The notes under the pieces were generated by a model that ran no database searches, was not told the DNA's origin, and worked only from the letters and a program-made list of their open reading frames with translations. 64,000 nt of DNA from Eledone cirrhosa (Eukaryota), in contig OZ024741.1 in the NCBI GenBank assembly GCA_964016885.1, positions 220,906,001 to 220,970,000 of the forward strand. The letters are read 5' to 3'. The position numbers and the translations under genes are program-made. The first letter of the stretch is position 1. Every line of letters begins with the position of its first letter. This document shows positions 26,150-38,067 of the stretch, piece by piece.

Positions 26150-26660
26150 TGTATATAATAAAAAAAAAAACAAGGAAGTTTCGTTTACATATGAAAAACT
26201 TTTATTGCTTATCGACCTGTTACGCGCGTGTCGCAGATATATTCATCTTTTGTCGCATCACCAGTCTGTGGAGCAGATCGATAGTGGCGTCTGGTCCATG
26301 ACGTTTATGGGTCACATTAGAACCATCCTCTGCGAAACGCGCGTAACAGGTCGATACGCAATAAATATTTTTCATATGTAAACAAAACTTCCTCGTTTTT
26401 TCTATTACATATATATAGAGGGCCGACGAGCTTTTGACTCCAGAGTCGAGCCAGGTCGATACAGATCGAACCTTCAACTGATCAATAGCGAAACGCGCGA
26501 CACCAATCAATAAACGTAATGAAGGCTTAACCAATTGTCCTTGTATTATTATATTACACTCTGTCTAGCTCTACACCTCGCTATTGACGTGAACGAACCT
26601 AAACATCGAGTGCTCACCTGGGTGAACCCACAGTCACTTCACGTTACACTCCCTGGCTAT
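26150..26660 (+). mobile_element. two adjacent PLE-like cassettes with hammerhead remnants
   Basis: Inverted arms ~26155-26235/26328-26408 with GAAA-CGCGCG-TA (relative at 15540-15600, GAAA-CGTACG-TA); second cassette CCGACGA-GCT...AGC-GAAA-CGCGCG, whose tail recurs inverted at 34586-34700. Confidence 0.55.
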
Positions 26661-26666
26661 ATATAA

Positions 26667-26721
<55 letters not shown>

Positions 26722-27224
26722 TATGCTTGTTTGCGAGTGTGTAGTTATTGGATGTGTGTATATATGTAATGTGTACGTAGATATATGTATGTATGTATGT
26801 ATTTCGAATTGCTCGATTGTGTGTGCTAGGTTTGTTGTTATTGTTCATGTTATTGTTATTTAGTCCCAGCTCAGTTCTGATGTGGACCCTTGTAACCACC
26901 CAACTACATATATTGTTAATCATAATGTTGCTGCAATGACATACTTGTATGTCTTACTCTTTTTTTAAATAACAACGCCAAAGTTGGATTTGAGAGAGCT
27001 TTGGCTGGTATTTCTAATGAGTTAAGTTATCATTTAGAGCAGTCATGGACAAGATGTAGCCAGTTTAGCTTTCTGGGTAGCCCCCCTTAACGAATTTGAA
27101 TATTCCTTAGTAGTATGGGTAGCGTTATGATGAGACATAACTCGGCTGCCTGATTTAGAGATTTCATCTTTGATCACTGCCCTGGCTGACTGTTGAGGTT
27201 TATCTAGTGAAAATGGAATGGAAG

Positions 27225-27540
27225 GCACTCCCTCGGTTACGACGAAGAGTGTTCCAGTTCATCCGGTCAACGGAACAGCCTTTTCGTGAAATTAAAGTGC
27301 AAGTGGCTGAGCATTCCACAAACACCCGTACCCTTAACGTAGTGCTGAGGGAGCTTCAGCGTGACACAGAATGTGACAAAGCTGGCCTTTCGAATTACAG
27401 CTACAACTCATTTTTGTCAACTGAATGGACTAGCTTTCATCCTTAAGATAAAGCTAACCTCGGCGGGATTTGAACTCAGAAGGTAAAGAACCGTAACATG
27501 TCTGACAAAGCATGTTGTACGACGCTCTACTGATACTACC
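27225..27540 (-). mobile_element. SINE fragments (family 2 tail and family 1 head)
   Basis: Reverse complement of the 7500-7570-like tail, and GATTTGAACTCAG B box. Confidence 0.6.
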
Positions 27541-27612
27541 CCCCCCCCCCCTCCACTAACTATCACAATATAAACACATTAGAAGGACATTTCTCTAGAC
27601 CTAAACTGAAAT

Positions 27613-29110
27613 AAATCCTTGTTATAATAGCCACTAACACAACCATTAACTTAGCTATAGTATCAAGCCTTCTCTTAAATCCTTGTTATAATAGCCACTA
27701 ACACAACCATTAACTTAGTTATAGTATCAAGGCTTCTATTAAATCTTTGTTATAATAGCCACTAACACAACCATTAACTTAGCTATAGTATCAAGCCTTC
27801 TCTTAAATCCTTGTTATAATAGCCAATAACACAACCATTAACTTAGCTATAGTATCAAGCCTTCTATTAAATCCTTGTTATAATAGCCACTAACACAACC
27901 ATTAACTTAGCTATAGTATCAAGCCTTCTATTAAATCCTTGTTATAATAGCCACTAACACAACCATTAACTTAGCTATAGTATCAAGCCTTCTATTAAAT
28001 CCTTATTATAATAGCCACTAACACAACCATTAACTTAGCTATAGTATCAAGCCTTCTCTTAAATCCTTGTTTTAATATCCACTAACACAACCATTAACTT
28101 AGCCACAGTATCAAGCCTTCTATTAAATCCTTGTTATAATATCCACTAACACAACCATTAACTTAGCTATAGTATCAAGCCTTCTATTAAATCCTTGTTA
28201 TAATAGCCACTAACACAACCATTAACTTAGCTATAGTATTATAGCGATGAACGGCTGCGTGTTCGTATCACGTCAGGGATACCAATATAGCGAGAGTAAT
28301 AGGGTTGCATGAATGTAACAAGGAATACATTGTTTGTGTAGATAATATTTAATTAACAATGGTAGATAGTATAGTTGACATGTCAAAGTAATAGATGATA
28401 GAATGAAGCAAAGTTAGTAGTTACCGTTTTGATTGCCAGGCAAACGCGGCTGGCAGAGGACGCCTGGCTAAGGCCAGGCGCCTGTTGGCCAAATGAATGG
28501 CAGAGCCAAATGAATGGCAGAGCCAAATGAGAGGCTCTTGACCTGGTGCCGAAAAGGCAATGAGAGAATGAGAACCTAAAGTTGTTAGTTTTATAGGGTT
28601 CTGACCGGAAGTTGCAGAAAGGGTTCTACTTCCCGTCTAGATGATAACCCAAACAAGGGAGACAACCGCTGCATAACCTCCCGCCAGAATTTTAGTGTAT
28701 AAAAATCGAAATGAAAATATGTAGCAAGTTGGCGAGAATGTTGTAACAGGCATGAAAATTACGACAAAAGAATGTTTGGAAAAATCAATGATAGATATCA
28801 AGGAAGCCAACCGCTCTTGGCCAGAGAACGACTGGACATCCATCTATCCATCACCCAAAGATACAATGTAATAAAGTAAAAGTAAGAGAAGAGCTCAAAG
28901 TTCAAAATATAGTTCACAGGTGTGCAATCACTTGACAGCAGGAAAGAAAGTGTGTTCCAGAGAATGAATGCAGGTGGTTTCTGTTCTGTGGTATATCGTG
29001 AAATTTCCAACCTCCGAATGGATTTTCTCACAGGAAGAGTGCTGCAAAAATAAATTCTCTGGCTTTGGTTGTTGGTGAAGCTGTGTTGATGTATTGCTGC
29101 TGCTGTTGCG

Positions 29111-29144
<34 letters not shown>

Positions 29145-32100
29145 TCTCGCTGAGTGAGCGTATTCGGTGTTTAAATTCACAGTAAAAAAAAAAAAAAATT
29201 TTTTTAGAAAAAATGAGTTGCGCAAAGTGCTAGAAATAGCAGCCGAAGTTGATGGTCGATGTTGAGAATGCGTTGACCTGGAAGGGTCAAGAGGCCAGCG
29301 ACCAGAGAAATAAGCATTCTTAATAAATGCGCGGTTATCAACGGTAAATTTACATTGTAAATTTATAAACCGGCAAATAGAAGAATATAGCTTAAGGCTG
29401 AAGAATCCTTGGCGAGAAATGTTATCTCTGGCGTGCGGCTATGTCTGTGAGTAGAGACATCTCTGTGAATCGAGAATTTGTGCTGCCTACACGTGCCAAT
29501 ACAAGGTTGAAAAAAATAATATTTCTAACGCGCGAGAAAATGATAGTGCAATTTTGAAAGTGACAATGATGAAAAAGAAAGGCTTCACTCAGCATAATTA
29601 TTGGTGTGAACTTTGGGGGAAAAAAAACTTGAACGATGAAGAAAACGATGAACAAAAAGGCAATGGTTCATCGAAAATAAATGTTCCTGTTGAAATGTTT
29701 TCTTAAAGAATATCAAATTTCTTTTTTTTTTTTTTTTTGTTTTGAAAGAGTTCGTTGTAAGAAACGAGAAACATATATATATATCGTGAAATGTTTTTGT
29801 TTTTTTTTGTTTTGAAAGTGTTCGTTGTAAGAAACGAGAAACATATATATATATTGGTGAAATGCGACAGTTAGTTGATGCGTGAGAGAAAAAGTCTGTC
29901 TGTGCGAATTCCACATGTGCGTGTGTGCGTGTCCTTGAGTATTTTCATAGTTTGTCGATAAATTTGCTGTGTATTCGTAATGTTACTCACACAAAACCAG
30001 ATGTGCTATTTTTTTCTTTTTTGGGGGTGACCACTTATAGCGATGAACGGCTGCGTGTTCGTATCACGTCAGGGTTACCAATATAGCGATGAACGGCTGC
30101 GTGTTCGTATCACGTCAGGGTTACCAATATAGCGAGAGTAATAGGGTTGCATGAATGTAACAAGGAATACATTGTTTGTGTAGATAATATTTAATTAACA
30201 ATGGTAGATAGTATAGTTGACATGTCAAAGTAATAGATGATAGAATGAAGCAAAGTTAGTAGTTACCGTTTTGATTGCCAGGCAAACGCGGCTGGCAGAG
30301 GACGCCTGGCTAAAGCCAGGCGCCTGTTGGCCAAATGAATGGCAGAGCCAAATGAGAGGCTCTTGACCTGGTGCCGAAAAGGCAATGAGAGAATGAGAAC
30401 CTAAAGTTGTTAGTTTTATAGGGTTCTGACCGGAAGTTGCAGAAAGGGTTCTACTTCCCGTCTAGATGATAACCCAAACAAGGGAGACAACCGCTACAGT
30501 ATCAAGCCTTCTATTAAATCCTTGTTATAATAACCACTAACACAACCATTAACTTAGCTATAGTATCAAGCCTTCTCTTAAATCCTTGTTATAATAGCCA
30601 CTAACACAAACATTAACTTAGCTATAGTATCAAGCCTTCTATTAAATCCTTGTTATAATAGCCACTAACACAACCATTAACTTAGCTATAGTATCAAGCC
30701 TTCTCTTAAATCCTTGTTATAATAGCCACTAACACAACCATTAACTTAGCTATAGTATCAAGCCTTCTCTTAAATCCTTGTTATAATATCCACTAACACA
30801 ACCATTAACTTAGCTATAGTATCAAGCCTTCTCTTAAATCCTTGTTATAATATCCACTAACACAACCATTAACTTAGCCACAGTATCAAGCCTTCTATTA
30901 AATCCTTGTTATAATATCCACTAACACAACCATTAACTTAGCTATAGTATCAAGCCTTCTATTAAATCCTTGTTATAATAGCCACTAACACAACCATTAA
31001 CTTAGCTATAGTATCAAGCCTTCTATTAAATCATTGTTATAATAGCCACTAACACAACCATTAACTTAGCTTTAGTATCAAGGCTTCTATTAAATCTTTG
31101 TTATAATAGTAACTAACACAACCATTAACTTAGCTATAGTATCAAGGCTTCTATTAAATATTTGTTATAATAGTAACTAACAGGACCATTAACTTAGCTA
31201 TAGTATCAAGCCTTCTCTTAAATCCTTGTTATAATAGCCACTAACACAACCATTAACTTAGCTATAGTATCAAGCCTTCTATTAAATCCTTGTTATAATA
31301 GCCACTAACACAACCATTAACTTAGCTATAGTATCAAGCCTTCTATTAAATCCTTGTTATAATAGCCACTAACACAACCATTAACTTAGCTATAGTATCA
31401 AGCCTTCTCTTAAATCCTTGTTATAATAGCCACTAACACAACCATTAACTTAGCTATAGTATCAAGCCTTCTCTTAAATCCTTGTTATAATAGCCACTAA
31501 CACAACCATTAACTTAGCTATAGTATCAAGCCTTCTCTTAAATCCTTGTTATAATATCCACTAACACAACCATTAACTTAGCCACAGTATCAAGCCTTCT
31601 ATTAAATCCGTGTTATAATAGCCACTAACACAACCATTAACTTAGCTATAGTATCAAGCCTTCTATTAAATCATTGTTATAATAGCCACTAACACAACCA
31701 TTAACTTAGCTTTAGTATCAAGGCTTCTATTAAATCTTTGTTATAATAGTAACTAACACAACCATTAACTTAGCTATAGTATCAAGGCTTCTATTAAATA
31801 TTTGTTATAATAGTAACTAACACGACCATTAACTTAGCTATAGTATCAAGGCTTCTATTAAATCTTTGTTATAATAGTAACTAACACGACCATTAACTTA
31901 GCTATAGTATCAAGCCTTCTATTAAATCCTTGTTATAATAGCCACTAACACAACCATTAACTTAGCTATAGTATCAAGGCTTCTATTAAATCCTTGTTAT
32001 AATAGCCATTAACTTAGCTATAGCATCAAGTCTTCTATTAAATCTTTGTTATAATAGCCACTAACACAACCATTAACTTAGCTATAGTATGAAGGCTTCT

Positions 32101-32294
32101 ATTAAATCTTTGTTATAATAGTAACTAACACAACCATTAACTTAGCTATAGTATCAAGCCTTCTATTAAATCCTTGTTATAATAGCCACTAACACAACCA
32201 TTAACTTAGCTATAGTATGAAGGCTTCTATTAAATCCTTGTTATAATAGTAACTAACACAACCATTAACTTAGCTATAGTATCAAGGCTTCTAT
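27613..32294. repeat. 64-bp satellite array (~38 copies), interrupted by an LTR element
   Basis: Unit AAATCCTTGTTATAATAGCCACTAACACAACCATTAACTTAGCTATAGTATCAAGCCTTCTMTT; period 64 (27613, 27677...). Confidence 0.95.
28240..30498 (-). mobile_element. non-autonomous LTR retrotransposon (TRIM/LARD-like), 4-bp TSD GTAT
   Basis: Near-identical direct repeats 28240-28673 and 30036-30498; TG...TA ends on minus strand; PBS-like TGGTCACCCCC after the 5' LTR; PPT-like GGCGGGAGG before the 3' LTR; GTAT at 28236-28239 and 30499-30502; no internal gag/pol ORF. Confidence 0.88.
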
Positions 32295-32597
32295 GTTCTA
32301 TGTGCAATTACTCTACATTCATTCCTACATAAAATGTGTATATTAAATACTGCTATAAGAAAATAACCGATCTGTTAAATATCTTTATGTCAGTAAGGTA
32401 AGTGATATCTGGCTGGAATTTATCGATCTTTCGTCATCGATGAAATATCAATTTTGATATAATACAATCCATTAGCATCAGCAGGTGAACTAAGGGTTTT
32501 GTAAAAGGAGTGGAATGGTTGTTGGAGTAAGGGGTTAAACAAGGTCATGATGTATAATAGGAAATGGTTGTTGGGGTCCAGGGTTAAGTGAAGTTAC

Positions 32598-33130
32598 GTA
32601 TGATAGGTCATGGTTGTTGTTAGGGAAGACGGTTAAATAAGGGTATGTATGATAGGTCATGGTTGTTGTTAGGGATGCCGGTTAAGTAAGGGTATGTATG
32701 ATAGGTCATGGTTGTTGTTAGGGAAGCCGGTTAAGTAAGGGTATGTATGATAGGTCATCGTTGTTGTTAGGGAAGACGGTTAAATAAGGGTATGTATGAT
32801 AGGTCATCGTTGTTGTTAGGGAAGACGGTTAAATAAGGGTATGTATGATAGGTCATGGTTGTTGTTAGGGAAGCCGGTTAAGTAAGGGTACCGTATTTGC
32901 CGGCGTCGAAGACGCTACTTTTTTCCTAAAATAAGTCTTAAAAATCTACCATGCGTCCTGGAGGCCGAAGGTTGTTTGTTTTTTTTTTCAAATTTTTGCT
33001 TGTCAAAATTAGGGTGCATCCTCGAGGACGAAGCGTCTTCGGCGCCGGGAAATACGGTATATATGATAGGTCGTGGTTGTTGCGGCACAGGGTTAAACAA
33101 GGTTGTGTATGGTAGGTCATGGTTGTTGCG
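32598..33130. repeat. 49-bp tandem repeat (~6 good copies plus degenerate flanks)
   Basis: GTATGATAGGTCATGGTTGTTGTTAGGGAAGACGGTTAAATAAGGGTAT at 32598, 32647... Confidence 0.9.
32891..33057. mobile_element. pogo/Tigger-like MITE, TA TSD
   Basis: TIRs CCGTATTTGCCGGCGTCGAAGACGC / GCGTCTTCGGCGCCGGGAAATACGG, TA on both sides, inserted into the 49-bp repeat. Confidence 0.85.
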
Positions 33131-33133
33131 GAC

Positions 33134-33255
33134 CAGGGCCAGAGTTATCGAGGAAGGGTGGGCGAACCAATGCTCTGGGGCCCCTCCAAACAGGGCTTTA
33201 TCTCTTCTCGTTTAAGTATTTATACATATATTTATTTATATATACATACACACAC

Positions 33256-33299
<44 letters not shown>

Positions 33300-33365
33300 T
33301 GTTATATGAGGGTCCCACCAAACCTGAAATGCCGCAGCCCCTCAAGGTCTAAATTTGGTCCCGGT
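33134..33365. mobile_element. possible hAT-like MITE
   Basis: Imperfect ends CAGGGCCAGAGTTA / TAAATTTGGTCCCG and internal GGGGCCCC motif; TSD not seen. Confidence 0.3.
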
Positions 33366-33703
33366 CCTGGTCCTAGTACAGGGTTAAACAACGCTATGTA
33401 TTGCACAAAATCGCTTTTTAACGCTTCAATCGCGGCGGGGAAATTGGAAGGGAAATCTGGGGGATGTCCCGTGTTTTGTCTAGCTTGCAGCTGAGTATCA
33501 GGTTGAGAAACGATTGTAATGATAGAGACGAGAACAAGAATTGAAGCATGCACCACAGGCCTCTCTGCACACTTTTTCCCGTCTCTGTGAGTATTGAACC
33601 TCTCACTTAGTCAACTATTTTCAAATTTACCCAATGTCTCATTAATTAACCAAATTTTGTTTATATGCGTGTGTGCGCGTACATATTTACACACACACTG
33701 ACA

Positions 33704-33838
<135 letters not shown>

Positions 33839-34535
33839 ATACTCATTGTTTGTCTTGTTTTATCTATTCTTGAACTATATATATTGCTGCCGCGTTCTCT
33901 ATACCCACTCTGCATCTCCCAATGAATTGAGTACTATCATAATTTGTTCTCTCCCCCCCCCCTCTCTCTCTCTGTATATGTATATAGAAAATAACTCAGA
34001 TTTGCAGTTTGTGTGGAAACGTTAATAGCATATTACAATTGTTTAAACATTTTTTTTTTTTTTTATCATCTTCATTCTAACTTATTTATTATTATTTATT
34101 TATTATTTTTCTTTCTTTTTTTTTCTCGCTCTTTCTTTTTTTCTTTTTCTTTCTTTAATACGTGATGTTGTGATTTGAATTTTCCTAGTTTATTACAAAC
34201 GCCGTTTATAATTTTAATCAGTGTTTTTCGATGATTTGATTAAGCACACATTGTATTTAAAATTGTGTGACAACTTCAAGTGATTAGCAATTTTTAGACA
34301 ACTTAATCAATGAAACAATTGTTAATGCTGTAAATAAACCCTTTTTGTACTGTTGACCTTGTTATTATTCACTCTTTCACTATATATATATATATATGAA
34401 AGAGAGATTTATTTAATTACAATATAGTTAGCACCCCAAACGTATAATTGGGATTATACTCTGATATATCCTAATGTTTGTTGAGTGAGATGGAGTTGGT
34501 CGGAGTATCGCTAAATGTTTTCTCTGTTAATGTAT

Positions 34536-34588
<53 letters not shown>

Positions 34589-34762
34589 AGGGAGTATAAG
34601 GTGAAGTTACTGTAGGTTCCCCCAGACGAACACTCGATGCTTAGGGCCACGTGTGTAGCGAGGTGTAGAGCTAAACAGAGTGTAATATAATAATGCAAGA
34701 ACGAGCATAGAGTGCTCATCCGGCATACCGCCTATGGAAGCATCTTAGCTACCATCAGACAT

Positions 34763-34803
<41 letters not shown>

Positions 34804-35279
34804 CATTACATATATTCTCACAGACACATAGAGAGAGTGATGTCATTAAAAGTGATAGTTCTATAGTGCTTTCTCACTCCTGTAGTTCTGCCTGTAGTAA
34901 AGGCATTAAGTAAATGTTTATTTAATTCAAATAGATTATTAGTTTTGTCATAGAAAATAAAGGAGTTAGGGACTATTTATAAAGTGTTTAATGTCATCTT
35001 TAACATTATTTTGGAAGTGGTTAATGTACTTAGAAAATTTAATGTTTGGACACTAAATCTATTAAATCAGCTTCAAAGACGCCTAGTTGTTTAATGTTAA
35101 AAGTGGCGGTGGCGTACTCCCGTATATATATTGTAATATTCAGTTTCTTATAGGTTTATCTTCACTGTTAAAGAAATAGGCTTTCCATCTCATACGTTTG
35201 AAGACCTTTTCAGTTTTCTCCGGTAATCTTCCCACGCAGTATTTATTTAAAAATGTAAGAGTATGTGTGTGTATGTGTG

Positions 35280-35342
<63 letters not shown>

Positions 35343-35387
35343 AAATAACAGGAGGCTGGACTTGTGTAAATCATTGAAAGGTTTATT

Positions 35388-35445
35388 ATACTATGATCAT
35401 TTCAATGACCGGGTTCCGTATGAATTCGGTGATATCATCAGGTAT
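35388..35445 (-). ncRNA. minimal type I hammerhead ribozyme
   Basis: Minus: ATAC-CTGATGA-TATCACCG...CGGTCATT-GAAA-TGATCA-TA-GTAT; palindromic stem III, next to (TA)n. Confidence 0.7.
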
Positions 35446-36795
35446 TCGAAATATAGTAAATGGATGTAACAGCTAAAATCCATGGGGCTGAAAATCATAG
35501 ACCCGAGGACGACCGACCATCTAGCATCTTCCACTTTAGCCATTCGCCCTCAAGTGCTGGCTATTCGGTTTACTTAAGGCTATCTGGTGAGGGGGCGAAA
35601 GCTTATAATGTGCTACTAACCTCCCGGTCAAAAAGAAGAAAAGAAAAAAGTACAGAAAGAAAGAAGAAAAGTCAGCGTTAATGTCATGCTACAATCAGGC
35701 TAGGAATTGCCGCGAAAAATGTTAATCTAGAGGACCTATATCTTAACAGAGGTATATATTATAACAGAGGTATATATAGTGGGCGTCTTCATGGTATAAT
35801 GTGTGAAAATTGGAACGTTAAATTTTTGTTTAGATTTATAGGATGAAAATTTAAAAAAATTAACTTAAAGATTAAAATTATAAAATTAAAAAAATTAGAA
35901 ATTAAAAATGAAACAGTTTTAAAAAATGTAAAGTTTGGGTTGGGAGATTTAGTTAAAGAATTTACAGAGAGAGTCTTTTATGAAAAGACTTTAAGTGTAA
36001 TTATAGAGATCCTCGATAAGTTTTCAGGGTGGGATATAGAGTAAAGATTAAGTCCTTGTTTAGCAGTCAAACAGCACGCGACGACTGCAGACTCCGGCCA
36101 GCCCATCCTAACCACGTGTCAGCCATTCCGAGTGAAATCGGCTAGCGAAAGATATGGAAATCAATTTTTCCGAGCACTCGCGGAATGTAACTGTTCTAGG
36201 CTTCGGGTGTGCTAGTGGGAAGTCAGCCATTGTGGTTAGGCCATCGTTATACAAAACGAGTACTATTAATTTACACAGGAGGGGGATTTGTTTAAGTGCC
36301 AGTAGAGAGAGGCATGATAGAGCTAATAGTTATGAATAGGCCTAGAATTTAAAGGTACTATATGGCGGTCAAAAACGGCGGCGCGGCGGGCCCGGGGCGA
36401 AGTAAGTCGCTCCAAGTAATTTCATTTACCGAAAGAAGAGGAAATTTATTTTTCCAAGCACTCAAGGGAGACTTATGCACCAGAGCGCCGGGCGTGCAGC
36501 CAGGAAAACCACCACACCAGTCGGATCATCGCTTGTAATCAATTATAAAACCCGATGAAAAGCGCAAATACACTATATCTATGTCCCCAGATAGTCCGGG
36601 TTATAAGTATTGTGGTTCTCAGGGGGAGATATTCTAGTGTTGTGTGCTAATGAGTACAATGATAAGTACTTAATGAGAGTAAAGCGAGTAAAAATCTAAA
36701 TAAAAGGAACAGTAAGCAAAAAAACAAAAAATACATAGATAAATAAAAGCAGAATACGAAGATAAAAACACATTAATAAAGTAAAAAGGTAGAAA

Positions 36796-36842
<47 letters not shown>

Positions 36843-36854
36843 ATATATGCGTGT

Positions 36855-36972
36855 GGAAGCGTGTGGCTGAGTGAGTAGAGAATCGGATTTGCAATCGTGA
36901 GGTTGTGAGTTCGATTCCCGGACCGGGCGATGCGTTATGTCCTTGAGCAAGACACTTTATTTCACGTTGCTC
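36855..36972 (+). mobile_element. SINE family 2 5' part
   Basis: GTGGCTGAGTGAGTAGAG A box, GAGTTCGATTCCCG B box, TGTCCTTGAGCAAGACACTTTATTTCACG. Confidence 0.75.
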
Positions 36973-37525
36973 CTTCTACCTGGAGTTGCGACAGATAGAT
37001 AGTATTAGCAATTGGAAAGACCAATGGAAACAGTATTTCCTCTGTCCGATTTGACGAAAGTCGATATTATATATATATATATATATATTAAGGGGGGGGG
37101 GTGATCTATTGAGTATGTGGTCGTAGTTGATGTGGCTGGTAGGGAGGAAAAGAAATATGTTAGAAAAATATTAATACTAAATATCTGTGTCTGTGTGCAA
37201 ACTGGTATTGTGATTTTATACATTGAAACACCACACATACGTCACATATACAGCATCACACACATACACGAGACACACAGACCCACATACAAAACCGTTC
37301 ACACACACATTTATATATATATATATATAAATATATAAATGAGGTAAATATCTCACTGAGTAATAAGTACACATTGAGATATATAGGGTGTCTATAATAT
37401 AATTGTTGTTCTATGGTACTAATTAGAGATACCAGAACTATAAAAATTGATGAGCAGAACAAACAAACATTAAACAATCCTTTAAATAAATTAAAAAATA
37501 ATTTAAATATCTACCTGTTCATAAT

Positions 37526-37604
37526 GCTATTACCGGCGGTTTCCATCTACAAAAGATTGGAAATTCAGAGAATTTCCAACGGAAAGTAGATTTCATCAGA
37601 TAGC
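37526..37604 (-). ncRNA. type I hammerhead ribozyme
   Basis: Minus: GCTAT-CTGATGA-A-ATCTAC...(TTGGAAATT/AATTTCCAA)...GTAGAT-G-GAAA-CCG-C-CGG-TA-ATAGC. Confidence 0.78.
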
Positions 37605-38067
37605 TATTTCCTTTCTATAGGACATACGTCCCATGGTCCGTAAATATAATGCTAACTACCAGCAAAGTGACCCATACGTGACCTGGCCACTAGAGCAAGC
37701 GGGAATATTACAGACGTGTTGATATATATATATATATATAAGTATTGCACCAAGAAAAATAAAGACTTCGGTGAGAAAGGAGAGTAAGAATTTATTGGCT
37801 TTAACACATGTTCCTGAGAAAGAGAGAGATTAGATAGATAAGTTTCTATTTATTTGCCACGAGGGCACAAAAGAAGGGGACAAATACAAGGGGGGTGGGA
37901 GTTTATATAAAGGAACGAGTAAAACACAAATAACAAATATAAAATTAACAATACAGTCCTCAATAGGGAGGAGGCATTTTGGGGGTTACACACACCCCGA
38001 AAAAGTGTGCAACCCTTTTCCTTAGGAGCACAGAGAGGGAATGTTCCTTTGAACTTCCACCTTTCCA

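Noticed and set aside
29028-29225. Poly-Q ORF
   Set aside because: Short (CAG)n tract inside the non-coding LTR element; no other coding support.
27613-32294. CRISPR-like array
   Set aside because: Contiguous units with no unique spacers, in a eukaryotic context: a satellite.
33302-33556. Signal-peptide-like 84-aa ORF
   Set aside because: Non-ATG start, overlaps a repeat/MITE, no recognisable domain.
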